Shown here: positions 35,513-44,293 of the stretch, one piece after another | How the letters are laid out: each line of letters starts with the position of its first letter | Numbering within the stretch: the first letter of the stretch is position 1 | Position numbers and translations under genes: made by a program | Notes under the pieces: model-generated | What the model saw: only the letters and a program-made list of their open reading frames with translations | Databases searched by the model: none | What the model was told of the DNA's origin: nothing | Virus record (IMG/VR): IMGVR_UViG_3300033407_000037 | Location: 1 to 44,293 of that record | Direction: 5' to 3' (one strand) | Source of the DNA: a virus | Taxonomy: Duplodnaviria > Caudoviricetes | DNA length: 44,293 nucleotides

Positions 35513-35644
35513 GTGAGCGGCCTGGACGAGATGTACCGGATGGGCGCGCGGCACGGACGGTGGGACGGGTTCGTCGTCGGGTTCCTGCTCGGCGCGGTCG
35601 TCGGCCTCGTGGTCGTGGGCGGCATGCTACGGGGGTGGTGGTGA
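35513..35644 (+). CDS. Small membrane protein (43 aa)
   Basis: GFVVGFLLGAVVGLVVVGG helix; GTGA overlap with next gene; read manually. Confidence 0.55.
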   Translation: MSGLDEMYRMGARHGRWDGFVVGFLLGAVVGLVVVGGMLRGWW

Positions 35645-36099
35645 CCGCCAGCATGAAGCCGATCGGCCAGACGTTCGCGCCGCGCACCTTCTGGTCCACG
35701 ATGATCTATCGGTGCGATCGCTGCGGGTTCGAGATCGAGTTCTACCTCGAGGAAGGCTGCGAGGGGCCGCGCGAGGTGGAGTACGACATCATCATCCAGG
35801 AGGGCCCGCGCTCTGGTGAGCCGTCGACCTGGTGGAAGACCGCGAGCGGCCGGCGGATCGTGCCGGTGCCGTTCGTCGCTGGCGGTTGCCCAAAGTGCCA
35901 GGGCGCGCCGCCCTGGGCGATGGATCGACACGCTGGCGTTCTCAGTCATGTCGACTGGCAGCGCGATCGCGACCTAACGCCGCGGCTTGTCGGACTCCCG
36001 GCTGGTACGGCGCGCTTCCACTACCCCGCCGATCTGAAGGATCCCCAGGCCTGTGGGATCCCGATCTTCCCGCCCTATTCGATGCGAGGCCAGGCGTGA
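35641..36099 (+). CDS. Zinc-binding hypothetical protein
   Basis: CDRC...CPKC. Confidence 0.6.
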   Translation: MTASMKPIGQTFAPRTFWSTMIYRCDRCGFEIEFYLEEGCEGPREVEYDIIIQEGPRSGEPSTWWKTASGRRIVPVPFVAGGCPKCQGAPPWAMDRHAGVLSHVDWQRDRDLTPRLVGLPAGTARFHYPADLKDPQACGIPIFPPYSMRGQA

Positions 36100-36404
36100 G
36101 CGACCACGAGACCACGCTCGAGCGCGGCGTCCCCGCCGGCGCCGGCCTGAACCCCGGGCAGCTCGGCGTCCTGCTGACCAGTCCGTACAGCGAGGACCTG
36201 GTCGAGACCCTGAAGACCCTGCCCCGGGGCGATCGCTGGTGGGACGAGGAGCGCGAGGGCTGGTGGATCGCGGCCGCGCACGAGGCGTTCGTGATCGAGG
36301 CCGCGATCGCGCACCTGGGCGGCGTGAAGGTCCTCGGGCTCGAGGGGGAGTCGGACTGCGTTATTGACCGGCACGGCCGGACGGTTCAAGAGAGGCTCCT
36401 GTGA
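36096..36404 (+). CDS. Hypothetical protein (HARP-like motif)
   Basis: PYSEDLVETLK.LP...RWWD.....W. Confidence 0.55.
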   Translation: MSDHETTLERGVPAGAGLNPGQLGVLLTSPYSEDLVETLKTLPRGDRWWDEEREGWWIAAAHEAFVIEAAIAHLGGVKVLGLEGESDCVIDRHGRTVQERLL

Positions 36405-36664
36405 CCGCCGCCGCGTCCGCCCCGGCGAAGTTCCCCCTGCGGGCCCGGTGTCGCTGCCGAGCCCGGAGCACGGACACGGGCGGTGCGCTGCCGATCCGCG
36501 TGTTCGAGGCGGCCGCCGTGCTCCTCCGCCAGGCCCTCGGTGGGACGATCTCGCCGCTCGTCGCGAACCTGCCGGTGCAGGATTACCGCTGCCCCGAGTG
36601 CAAGGAGATCGTCGTCGTGCGGCTGGGGGACTTCCTAGGGGTGAGCGCCGCCGAGATTGTCTAG
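36401..36664 (+). CDS. Zinc-ribbon protein, candidate late regulator
   Basis: CRC...YRCPEC; last early gene before the late promoter. Confidence 0.5.
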   Translation: MTAAASAPAKFPLRARCRCRARSTDTGGALPIRVFEAAAVLLRQALGGTISPLVANLPVQDYRCPECKEIVVVRLGDFLGVSAAEIV

Positions 36665-36777
36665 CGCCCACCAGGGCTAGATTGCAGGTCAACGTATTGC
36701 CCCGGGGGCAACGCATGACCGAGTTCGAGCAGCAGGTAGAGACGACCATGCCGGCGTTCGGTCGGCGGGCTGTGATG

Positions 36778-36806
36778 TTGTAAAAGCCACGCGCCGGCGA
36801 TAGATT
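36778..36806 (+). promoter_or_regulatory. Sigma70-like late promoter for the packaging/head operon
   Basis: TTGTAA-17 nt-TAGATT. Confidence 0.65.
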
Positions 36807-36817
36807 GCTGGCGAGAC

Positions 36818-36847
36818 GGCCACGGTCGAGACCTGCTCGGCGAGGGC
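36818..36847 (+). promoter_or_regulatory. Conserved leader element copy B (GGCCACG + 6-bp hairpin)
   Basis: GGCCACGGTCG-N9-CGGCGAGGGC; stem GTCGAG/CTCGGC. Confidence 0.7.
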
Positions 36848-36879
36848 CCCCAGGCAACTGCTTGGGGGCTTTCTCGTTT
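36846..36879 (+). terminator. Intrinsic terminator in the head-operon leader
   Basis: 10-bp stem GCCCCCAGGC/GCTTGGGGGC, loop AACT, then TTTCTCGTTT. Confidence 0.75.
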
Positions 36880-36886
36880 CCGGGCT

Positions 36887-37147
36887 GTGCTATCCATCGT
36901 GAGCAGGCCGAATCGCGGGCGACGGTGGATGGCGATGCGGGCGCTGGTGCTCGCCGAGGAGCCGCTGTGCCGGCCGTGCCGCGCGAAGGGCCGCGTGACC
37001 GCGAGCGAGGAAGTCGACCACATCGTGCCGCTCGAGGACAGTGGGACGGACGACCGTGAGAACCTGCAGGGCATTTGCATTGAGTGCCACAAGGTCAAGC
37101 ACGGTGCCATGCCGAGGGTGGGTGTGGATGGATGGCCGACCGAGTAG
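36887..37147 (+). CDS. Packaging-associated HNH endonuclease (HK97 gp74-like)
   Basis: W...R..VL..EPLC..C...VDHIVPL..G.....NLQ.IC..CH..K; upstream of terS. Confidence 0.9.
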   Translation: MLSIVSRPNRGRRWMAMRALVLAEEPLCRPCRAKGRVTASEEVDHIVPLEDSGTDDRENLQGICIECHKVKHGAMPRVGVDGWPTE

Positions 37148-37215
37148 GGGGGGGCTGCAATCTCTGCGAGCACAGTGCCGGAGACCGCCCGTTGGCTTCG
37201 CTTTTATAAACGGCC
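37148..37215. other. Candidate cos region
   Basis: Non-coding gap between HNH and terS beginning with a G-run, the usual cos position in HK97-like phages; exact cut site not determinable. Confidence 0.4.
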
Positions 37216-37252
37216 CCGATGCTGAAATCGGAAAAGGAAATCGAATCGCGCC

Positions 37253-37456
37253 ATGAGACTTGTGAAGCTGTTGATCCAGGGAGATCTCGACAGCGGCAAG
37301 GTGCAGATCGCCGGCCCGATCGCGGACATGCGCGTCATGCACTGGCTGCTCGGCGAGGCCCGTCGGTGCGTCGAGCGCGAAGCGACGAACCGGGAAGCGG
37401 CGGGGGGCAACGGCAAACCGTCGCTGATCGTGGTGCCGGAGGTGCGGCTTGGGTAG
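37253..37456 (+). CDS. Hypothetical protein
   Basis: Overlaps terS start; plausible codon usage. Confidence 0.5.
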   Translation: MRLVKLLIQGDLDSGKVQIAGPIADMRVMHWLLGEARRCVEREATNREAAGGNGKPSLIVVPEVRLG

Positions 37457-37862
37457 GCGGGGACGCACGTCGGCGGCGGCGCTCGAGCTCGTCTCGACGA
37501 CACGGAAGACGGCCGATTCCCGACGTCCAGCCCCACCGGGGGACTTGACGTCTGAGCAAGCAGACGAGTGGCGCGGCATCGTGGCCCGATGCCCGGCGGA
37601 TTGGTTCCCGCGCGAGACGTATCCGTTGCTCGCCCAGTACTGCCGGCACGCGGTCTCGGCGCGCTGGCTCGGGAAGCTGCGGGATCGGCTCGAGCGGGCA
37701 CGGAAGTTCAACCTGGACGAGTACGAGCGCATCTCGAAGCTGATCCGGGGCGAGACCGGGTCCCTGGCGTCGCTGGCGACGAAGATGCGGCTGAGTCAAC
37801 ACGCGACCTATGACAAGAAAAAGTCCAAAGGCCCGACGCTCCCCGCGCCGTGGGAAGACTGA
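37449..37862 (+). CDS. terS: Terminase small subunit
   Basis: MGRRG...PAPP.DL......W..IV...P.DWF...LLAQYC...LATKMRLS; GGAGG RBS. Confidence 0.8.
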   Translation: MGRRGRTSAAALELVSTTRKTADSRRPAPPGDLTSEQADEWRGIVARCPADWFPRETYPLLAQYCRHAVSARWLGKLRDRLERARKFNLDEYERISKLIRGETGSLASLATKMRLSQHATYDKKKSKGPTLPAPWED

Positions 37863-39399
37863 GACGCGGGGTGCGCGCAACATCCGCTGGATCGAGAAGC
37901 ACTGCTGCATCCCGGAGGGTGCGTATGTGGGGCAGCCGGTGAAGCTATGTGAGTTCCAGCGCGCGATCGTGCGGGGGATCTACGACACGCCGACGCGGCG
38001 CGCGATCGTCTCCTTCGCCCGGAAGAACGCGAAGACGACACTCGCCGCCCTCCTTCTGGTGCTACATACCGCAGGCCCCGAAGCGCGGGAGAACTCGCAG
38101 CTCTACAGCGCCGCCCAGTCCCGTGACCAGGCGGCGATCGTGTTCGCCCTCGCGGCGAAGATCATCCGACTGTCCCCCGAGCTTTCGGCGCACGTCACCG
38201 TGCGGGACACCGCCAAGGAGCTCTACTGTCCCGGCCTCGGCACGCGCTACCGGGCGCTGTCGGCGGAGACGTCGACCGCCTACGGCCTCTCGCCGGCGTT
38301 CACCGTACACGACGAGCTCGGCCAGGTGCACGGGCCGCGCTCCGAGCTCTACGAGGCGTTGGAGACGGCGACGGCCGCACAGGCTAACCCGCTCTCGATC
38401 GTGATCTCCACGCAGGCCCCGACGGACGCGGATTTGCTGTCGATTCTCATCGACGATGCCCGGTCCGGCGCGGATCCCGCCGTGAAGTGCTTCCTCTATG
38501 CCGCGGACCCCGAGGCGGATCCGTTCGACGTCGCGACGATCCGGCAGGCGAATCCCGCATTCGACGAGTTCCAGAACCAGGACGAGGTCCTGGCGATGGC
38601 GGAGGCGGCGCGGCGCATGCCATCGCGCGAGGCCGAGTATCGCAACCTGATTCTGAACCAGCGGGTCGAGCGGGTGAGCCCGCTGATCTCGGTGTCCGTC
38701 TGGAAGGCCAACGGGAGCGCCCCAACCGGGGACTGGAGTGAGGGTCCGGTGTACGGGGCGCTCGATCTCTCGTCCACCACGGACCTCACGGCTTGTGTCT
38801 GGGTGATGGAACGCGACGGCGTGTGGCACGTCCGGCCGCTCTTCTGGCTGCCCGAGCTGGGACTCCGCGAGCGCGCGCGGCAGGACCGCGTGCCCTACGA
38901 CGTCTGGCACGAGCAGGGGCATCTCCTGACGACGCCCGGCAAGTCGATCGCCTATGAGTACGTCGCCCAGGAGCTGGTGCGCATGCTCGAGTCGATGGAC
39001 GTGCGCAAGGTGGGGTTCGACCGCTGGAACCTGCGGCACTTCAAACCCTGGCTCGTCAAGGCCGGGCTGCCTGAGGAGCGGATCGGTGATCCGGCAGCCC
39101 CCCGGCCGACGGACCTGTTCGCCGCCTTTGGGCAGGGCTTCAAGGACATGACGCCGGCGGTGCGCACGCTCGAGACGGCGCTGCTGAACAGCACGCTCCG
39201 GCATGGCAACCATCCGGTGCTGACGATGTGCGCCGCGAACGCGGTGGTGAAGGGCGACGAGGCGGGCGGGCGGAAGCTCGACAAGCTCCGGAGCCGCGGC
39301 CGGATCGACGGCATGGTCGCGCTCGCGATGGCGCTGTCGGTCGCGAGCGAGGGGGCCCCCTCGCTCGGGTTCGTGGACGAGCCGCTGGTGGTGCTATGA
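37810..39399 (+). CDS. terL: Terminase large subunit
   Basis: ARKNAKT Walker A, VHDELG Walker B, ISTQ, ANP, GALDLS, RIDGMVA. Confidence 0.95.
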   Translation: MTRKSPKARRSPRRGKTETRGARNIRWIEKHCCIPEGAYVGQPVKLCEFQRAIVRGIYDTPTRRAIVSFARKNAKTTLAALLLVLHTAGPEARENSQLYSAAQSRDQAAIVFALAAKIIRLSPELSAHVTVRDTAKELYCPGLGTRYRALSAETSTAYGLSPAFTVHDELGQVHGPRSELYEALETATAAQANPLSIVISTQAPTDADLLSILIDDARSGADPAVKCFLYAADPEADPFDVATIRQANPAFDEFQNQDEVLAMAEAARRMPSREAEYRNLILNQRVERVSPLISVSVWKANGSAPTGDWSEGPVYGALDLSSTTDLTACVWVMERDGVWHVRPLFWLPELGLRERARQDRVPYDVWHEQGHLLTTPGKSIAYEYVAQELVRMLESMDVRKVGFDRWNLRHFKPWLVKAGLPEERIGDPAAPRPTDLFAAFGQGFKDMTPAVRTLETALLNSTLRHGNHPVLTMCAANAVVKGDEAGGRKLDKLRSRGRIDGMVALAMALSVASEGAPSLGFVDEPLVVL

Positions 39400-40706
39400 G
39401 GCTGTTCGGCTTCGAGATCACCCGTCCCCAGGCGAAGACGCTGACGCTGGACCAGCTCATCCAGCGCCTCGATGCGCTGATGGCGACCGTCAGTGGGATT
39501 CCCGTCACGCCCGATTCGGCGATGGAATCGCCCACGGTGCAGGCCATCGTGCAGGCCGTGGCGGGGACGATTGCGACGCTTCCCGTCCACGTGCTCCAGA
39601 AGACGACGAGCAAGGGCCGAACCACGAAGGAGCCACTGCCGGGTCACCCGGTAGCGCGCCTGCTGTCGGCCCCGAACGACACCCAAGACCGGGTGACGTA
39701 CTGGCTCGACGCCGCGAGCTGGTTGATCCGCTACGGGAACCATTATGCGCCGAAGGCGCGCGGGTTGACGGGGCCGATCCGCCGGCTGATCGGGGTCCCG
39801 CCGAGCGACGTCGTCGTGGAGCAGCACGACGACCGCAGTCTCGGCTACCGCATCGGCACGGACCCGGAGCGCACGGCGGCCCAGATGCACCATGTCCGCG
39901 GCCCGGCCCGGAACGGCTATCTGGGCAACTCGCCCGTCATGGACGTGCGGGAAGCGATCGCCCTCGAGATCGCGGCGGAACGCTTCGGGGCGTCGTTCTT
40001 CGGCAACGGGGCCACGCCGTTCCTGGTCTTCAAGTACGCGGTGGGGTCGCAGGGGCATAAGAGCAAGGAGGCGCGCGATCAGTTCATCAACGAGTTCGAG
40101 AATGCCTACGGTGGCCGCAAGACGATGCGCGGCCTGCTCATGCCGGCGGGGATGGAGGCACCACTCCCCGTCGAGATCAACAACGACCACGCGCAGTTCC
40201 TCGAAACACGGAAGCTGCAGCGGACGATCATCGCGGGCGCCTTCGGCGTGCCGCCGCATCTCGTCGGGGACCTGGAACGCGCCACGTTCTCCAACATCGA
40301 GCACCAAAGCCTGGAGTTCGTGCAGCGGGTCCTGCTGCGCTACGTGCGGATGTTCGAGGCGGCGATGGAGCGCGACCTCCTGACCCCCGAGGACCGCTCG
40401 TCGGGGGTCATCATCCGGTTCAACATGGACGCGATGCTGCGCGGGGACTTCAAGACGCGGCAAGAGGGCCTCCGGATCCAGCGCGACGCCGGCGTCATCA
40501 ACGCGAACGAGTGGCGCGAGCATGAAGGTCTCAACCCGCGGGACGACGAGGGCGGAGAGCTCTACTGGGACAAGGGCCCGTCTGGCCAGGGATCGGAACC
40601 CGAGCCGCCTGAGCCGGAGCCCGAGCCCAACGACAACGGCAACGGGAACGGTGATACAGCGACCCGGGGACTGCGGCATCTGCCAACGATAGGTGGGACT
40701 CGATGA
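39396..40706 (+). CDS. Portal protein, HK97 family
   Basis: IATLPVH, PN, GN.YA, G.SP, FFGNGATP, AFGVPPHLVG...ATFSNIEHQ, NE.R..EGLNP. Confidence 0.95.
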   Translation: MRLFGFEITRPQAKTLTLDQLIQRLDALMATVSGIPVTPDSAMESPTVQAIVQAVAGTIATLPVHVLQKTTSKGRTTKEPLPGHPVARLLSAPNDTQDRVTYWLDAASWLIRYGNHYAPKARGLTGPIRRLIGVPPSDVVVEQHDDRSLGYRIGTDPERTAAQMHHVRGPARNGYLGNSPVMDVREAIALEIAAERFGASFFGNGATPFLVFKYAVGSQGHKSKEARDQFINEFENAYGGRKTMRGLLMPAGMEAPLPVEINNDHAQFLETRKLQRTIIAGAFGVPPHLVGDLERATFSNIEHQSLEFVQRVLLRYVRMFEAAMERDLLTPEDRSSGVIIRFNMDAMLRGDFKTRQEGLRIQRDAGVINANEWREHEGLNPRDDEGGELYWDKGPSGQGSEPEPPEPEPEPNDNGNGNGDTATRGLRHLPTIGGTR

Positions 40707-41599
40707 TTCGCGACTTGTTTCGCCAGCGGTCGGCCGCGCTTGTGATGCGGGCGCGGGGACAGGATGTGGTCGAGCTGATCTTCTACGACGAGATCGGCCC
40801 TTTCGGAATCACCGCTGCCGATGTCGCCGAACGCTTGGCGGAGATCGAGGCACCCACAATTCACCTACGTCTCAACTCCCCGGGTGGGGACGTATTTGAG
40901 GGCGTGGCGATTTACAACCGCCTACGTGAACACCCCGCGACGATCGTGACGTACATCGACGGGGTGGCGGGATCCATCGCGAGCGTCATCGCGTTGGCCG
41001 GCGACAAGGTACACATGGCACGCAATGCCTTCTTCATGATCCACAACCCGTGGGCGGTGACGATCGGTGACGCAGCGAGACACCGCCAGCGGGCGGACAC
41101 GCTGGATAACGTGGGCGACGTGAGTATTGCGGCGGCGTACCGAGCGCGCACGGGTTTGGATCGCGAGACCGTCGAAACGTGGATGGATGCGGAGACGTGG
41201 TTCAACGCCGAGAAGGCCAAGGAAGTGGGCTTCGTGGATGTGGTGGAGGATACCGCCCCGGCTGAGGCGCGGGCAGTCGCATTTGACCTGAGCATTTACC
41301 AGCATGTCCCTGAGGCCCTGCTACAGCAAGAGTCTCGGGACGGTGATCGGTTCCTGACAGTGGAGGAGTGGCGCGACTTGGAGACCGCCCTTCGTGACGA
41401 AGGGCTTTCGCGCAAGGACGCCGTGACGGCGCTCTCTGGTCTCAAGAAGTGGCGCCAGCGCGACGCTGGCGCACCGAGCACACCGCCTCGTGACGAGGTG
41501 CGTGCGGACCTAGGTCCTGACGCGGCGCTAGCGGCCGCCCAGGCCATCCTGGCCAACCTCACGGTTGGCGCCATTCACACAGAAAGGTTCGCACCATGA
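40703..41599 (+). CDS. ClpP-type head maturation protease
   Basis: LNSPGGDVFEG.AIYN, IDGVAGSIASVIA, FMIHNPW, ETWFNA..A...GFVD. Confidence 0.95.
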   Translation: MIRDLFRQRSAALVMRARGQDVVELIFYDEIGPFGITAADVAERLAEIEAPTIHLRLNSPGGDVFEGVAIYNRLREHPATIVTYIDGVAGSIASVIALAGDKVHMARNAFFMIHNPWAVTIGDAARHRQRADTLDNVGDVSIAAAYRARTGLDRETVETWMDAETWFNAEKAKEVGFVDVVEDTAPAEARAVAFDLSIYQHVPEALLQQESRDGDRFLTVEEWRDLETALRDEGLSRKDAVTALSGLKKWRQRDAGAPSTPPRDEVRADLGPDAALAAAQAILANLTVGAIHTERFAP

Positions 41600-43059
41600 G
41601 GCCGCTCTATCATCGCACCGAGCGCGAACGCTGGGGTCATCACCAGCGGTCCGCGGCGCCGCACTTCTGGGTCGGGGCATATCTGCTGCTCATCGCCATC
41701 GCGGTAGCGGTCGTGCCGACGGTCCTGTGGGCGGTGCGCCCCCTCCTCAACGAGGTCGGGGCTGTCGGCGACACGAGCATGGTCGCCCTCACGAAGACGA
41801 TCAACGAGATCGGCAAGGCGTTCGAGGCGTTCAAGGAGACGAACGCCGAGCGCCTGGAAGCCCTGAAGAACGGCGACGACGGCCGCGCCAACGAGCTGAA
41901 CGAGAAGCTCGGGAAGATCGAGAAGGATGTCTCGCAGTTCACCGCGCTCAAGAAGTCGATCGAGGTGGAGCAGCTGGCGCACCGCGAGCGCATCGAAGAG
42001 CTCGAGACCCGCGCCAGCCAGCCGGGCAAGACGCCGGAGCAGAAGCGCGCGACGGAGTACCATGGCGCCTTCGTGAGGTGGCTCCGCAATCGGGGCAGCT
42101 CGCCCGTGGACGAGCAGAAGCTGCAGACCTTGGCGCACGAGATGGCGATCCGCGGCGACGTCACCATCGGAACGGGGGCGCCGGGTGGGTTCGGCGTGCC
42201 CGAGGAGATCAGCCGCGAGATCGGGCGCCTCGAGAAGCTGTTCTCGCCCGTGCGTTCGCTCGTGAAGGTGCGGCAGGTCGGCACCTCGGACTACAAGGAG
42301 CTGGTGAGCAAGCGCGGCACCACGTCGGGGTGGGTCGGGGAAACCGGCACACGCACGGCGACGGCCACGCCGCAGCTCCGCGAGCGGACCCCGACGCACG
42401 GCGAGCTCTACGCCTACCCGCAGGCGTCGGAGTGGTCGCTCGACGACATCTTCTTCAATGTCGATCAGTGGCTGGCCGAGGAGGTCGCGCAGGAATTCGC
42501 GCAGGAAGAGGGTATCGCCGTCATCAGTGGCGACGGCACCTCCAAGCCGACCGGGTTGACCAACACGGCGCCGGTGGCGACGGCGGACTTCGCGTCGCCG
42601 GAACGCTCGGCGAACGCGTTTCAGTATGTGAACTCTGACCTCACGCCGGGCGGCTCCGGCATCGTGGCCGATTCGCTGATCGATCTCGCCGCGACCCTTG
42701 CCGCGCCCTACCGGGCGCGCTCGACGTGGGTGTGGAACTCGCTCACGGGCGCCGCGATCCGGAAGCTGAAGGACTCGGACGGCCAGTACCTCTGGCAGCC
42801 GAGTCTGCAGGCGGGGACGCCGGATGTCTTCCTCGGTCGCCCGGTGGCGATCTGGGAGAACATGGCGGCGATCGGGGCAGGTGCCTTCCCGGTCGCCCTG
42901 GGCGACTGGATGCGCGCGTACCTGCTGGCCGACCGGGTCGGGCTGCGCATCACGCGGGACAACGTGACCAACGTCGGCTTCGTGCGGTTCTACGTGCGCC
43001 GGCGCGTTGGTGGTCACGTGCTGGACAACCACGCCGCAAAGTTCCTGCGGACGGAGTAG
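41596..43059 (+). CDS. Major capsid protein, HK97 fold, with hydrophobic N-terminal extension
   Basis: Coiled-coil delta domain, GGFGVPEE, WVGE, GDG..KPTG, IRKLKDSDGQYLWQP, RRVGG. Confidence 0.95.
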   Translation: MRPLYHRTERERWGHHQRSAAPHFWVGAYLLLIAIAVAVVPTVLWAVRPLLNEVGAVGDTSMVALTKTINEIGKAFEAFKETNAERLEALKNGDDGRANELNEKLGKIEKDVSQFTALKKSIEVEQLAHRERIEELETRASQPGKTPEQKRATEYHGAFVRWLRNRGSSPVDEQKLQTLAHEMAIRGDVTIGTGAPGGFGVPEEISREIGRLEKLFSPVRSLVKVRQVGTSDYKELVSKRGTTSGWVGETGTRTATATPQLRERTPTHGELYAYPQASEWSLDDIFFNVDQWLAEEVAQEFAQEEGIAVISGDGTSKPTGLTNTAPVATADFASPERSANAFQYVNSDLTPGGSGIVADSLIDLAATLAAPYRARSTWVWNSLTGAAIRKLKDSDGQYLWQPSLQAGTPDVFLGRPVAIWENMAAIGAGAFPVALGDWMRAYLLADRVGLRITRDNVTNVGFVRFYVRRRVGGHVLDNHAAKFLRTE

Positions 43060-43071
43060 CCCACTCGCTGA

Positions 43072-43101
43072 TGGAGCGGGGCGCAGGCCGGCCCCGCTCC
43101 A
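43072..43101 (+). terminator. GC-rich hairpin after the capsid gene (attenuator or mRNA stabiliser)
   Basis: 11-bp TGGAGCGGGGC/GCCCCGCTCCA, no U-tract. Confidence 0.55.
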
Positions 43102-43115
43102 CCGGCAGGGCGCTC

Positions 43116-43751
43116 ATGGTTGCGCTGCAACGCATCATCCCGCGCGGGTGGGACGCGTGCATCGTGGCGGCAACGGGCCCGTCGTTGACGGAGTCTGTCG
43201 CCGCGCAGTGCCGCGGCCGCCCCGTCATTGCGGTGAACGACGCCTACCGGCGCCTCCCGTTCGCCGACGTCCTCTACGCCTGCGACGACGAGTGGTGGGA
43301 CGTCCACCACGGCTGCCCGGACTTCACCGGCGAGAAGTGGAGCACGCACCGGCAGGGCACCGACGACAAGCTCGACTGCGCCGCGCGCTGGGGCCTGCGC
43401 CTGGTCGCGGGCTACGACGGCGAGGGCTTCTCGGTCGCTCCCGATCGGCTGCACTACGGGATGAACAGCGGCTTCCAGGGGATCAACCTCGCGCTCCTCT
43501 TCGGGGCGACCACCGTGCTGCTCGTCGGGTTCGACATGCGCACGACGGTGCCGCGCCACTTCTTCGGCGACCATCCGCCCGGCCTCAAGAACGGGGCGAA
43601 GTACGAGCACTTCCGGTCCGCCTTCAACCAGGCGGCGCGGATGCTGCCTCCGCACATCACGATCCTCAACTGCACCCCGGGCTCGGCGCTCGACTGTTGG
43701 CCGATCCTGCCGCTCGAGGAGGCGCTGTGCGCGATGACGCCCGAGCCCTAG
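43116..43751 (+). CDS. Maf/CstII-like (DUF115-type) putative glycosyltransferase
   Basis: IVAATGPSL, VIAVNDA, LYACD..WW, NSG...INLA...GA..VLLVGFDM, HFFG, ILNCT. Confidence 0.7.
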   Translation: MVALQRIIPRGWDACIVAATGPSLTESVAAQCRGRPVIAVNDAYRRLPFADVLYACDDEWWDVHHGCPDFTGEKWSTHRQGTDDKLDCAARWGLRLVAGYDGEGFSVAPDRLHYGMNSGFQGINLALLFGATTVLLVGFDMRTTVPRHFFGDHPPGLKNGAKYEHFRSAFNQAARMLPPHITILNCTPGSALDCWPILPLEEALCAMTPEP

Positions 43752-44284
43752 AGCACGCGAAGTATGTGCGCGCCTACGCGAATCCCAAGTATCGCATGGG
43801 CCAGACGCGGATGGACGACACGCTTCGGGATCTCCAGGCGTTGCCGCGCGGCAGCCTGCTCGATGTGGGGTGCGGCCGTGGCGAGATCCTGGCGCACGCC
43901 GAGCGACTGGGCTTCGCGCCCGTGCAGGGCGTGGAGATGGTCCCCGCCCTGATCGACGGTCGGCGGGTCGTGCGGGGGGAGGCTCACGCGCTCCCGTTCC
44001 CCGACCAGTCTTATGACGTGGTGACCCTCTTCGACGTCATCGAACACCTACTCCCCGGGGACGACGAGCTCGCGTGCCGGGAGATGGCGCGCGTCGCGCG
44101 GCGGGCCATCCTCCTGACGGCGAACAACAAGACGTCGCGAAACGCGATCGGGGAGGAGCTGCACGTTAACCGGCGCCCCTATCAGGAATGGGATACGCTG
44201 TTCCGGGCGTGGTTCCCGGGGACCGTGACGTGGATTCGGGGGCCGCGGCAGCATGTCAGCGAAGCGTGGCGCGTGGACCTATGA
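43727..44284 (+). CDS. Class I SAM-dependent methyltransferase
   Basis: LLDVGCGRG, GVE, ALPFPDQSYDVVTLFDVIEHL; GAGGAGG RBS before GTG. Confidence 0.85.
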   Translation: MRDDARALEHAKYVRAYANPKYRMGQTRMDDTLRDLQALPRGSLLDVGCGRGEILAHAERLGFAPVQGVEMVPALIDGRRVVRGEAHALPFPDQSYDVVTLFDVIEHLLPGDDELACREMARVARRAILLTANNKTSRNAIGEELHVNRRPYQEWDTLFRAWFPGTVTWIRGPRQHVSEAWRVDL

Positions 44285-44293
44285 GGGCGGTGA
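44160..44293. repeat. Terminal direct repeat, copy 2
   Basis: Matches 1-134 with one mismatch. Confidence 0.95.

Noticed and set aside
38952-43032. Long minus-strand ORFs (e.g. 38952-40679, 41575-43032; also 1333-2817)
   Set aside because: Antisense shadows of GC-rich genes with no recognisable motifs
1-44293. tRNA or rRNA genes
   Set aside because: No cloverleaf with T-loop consensus noticed in the few intergenic gaps; tRNAscan-SE would confirm

Overview
The window looks like a complete, circularly permuted genome of a GC-rich temperate siphovirus with an HK97-type head. Bases 1-134 repeat 44160-44293 with one synonymous mismatch. Gene order around the circle: HNH/terS/terL/portal/ClpP/major capsid (36.9-43.1 kb); a three-gene glycosyltransferase/methyltransferase cassette spanning the contig ends; about 5.5 kb of putative head-appendage genes (beta-helix and Asp-box proteins); head-tail joining and tail genes with a -1 frameshift chaperone; a reverse-strand lipoprotein moron; an expanded lysis cassette containing a stand-alone response-regulator receiver; repressor/Cro switch; recombination, ParB-like and replication genes; xis-int with a probable attP; and a few final early genes. 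Best new signals: (1) both late units are preceded by the same promoter + conserved covarying RNA hairpin + intrinsic terminator leader, suggesting an unannotated antitermination system; (2) a virion-glycosylation-like cassette joined to a modular carbohydrate-active head-fibre cluster; (3) a CheY-like receiver inside the lysis cassette; (4) a (GACC)10 tract that could phase-vary a regulator; (5) structured non-coding RNA candidates flanking an HNH gene. All product calls come from motif recognition by eye, with no database search. The host is probably diderm (lipoprotein, spanin-like gene) but cannot be named from sequence.
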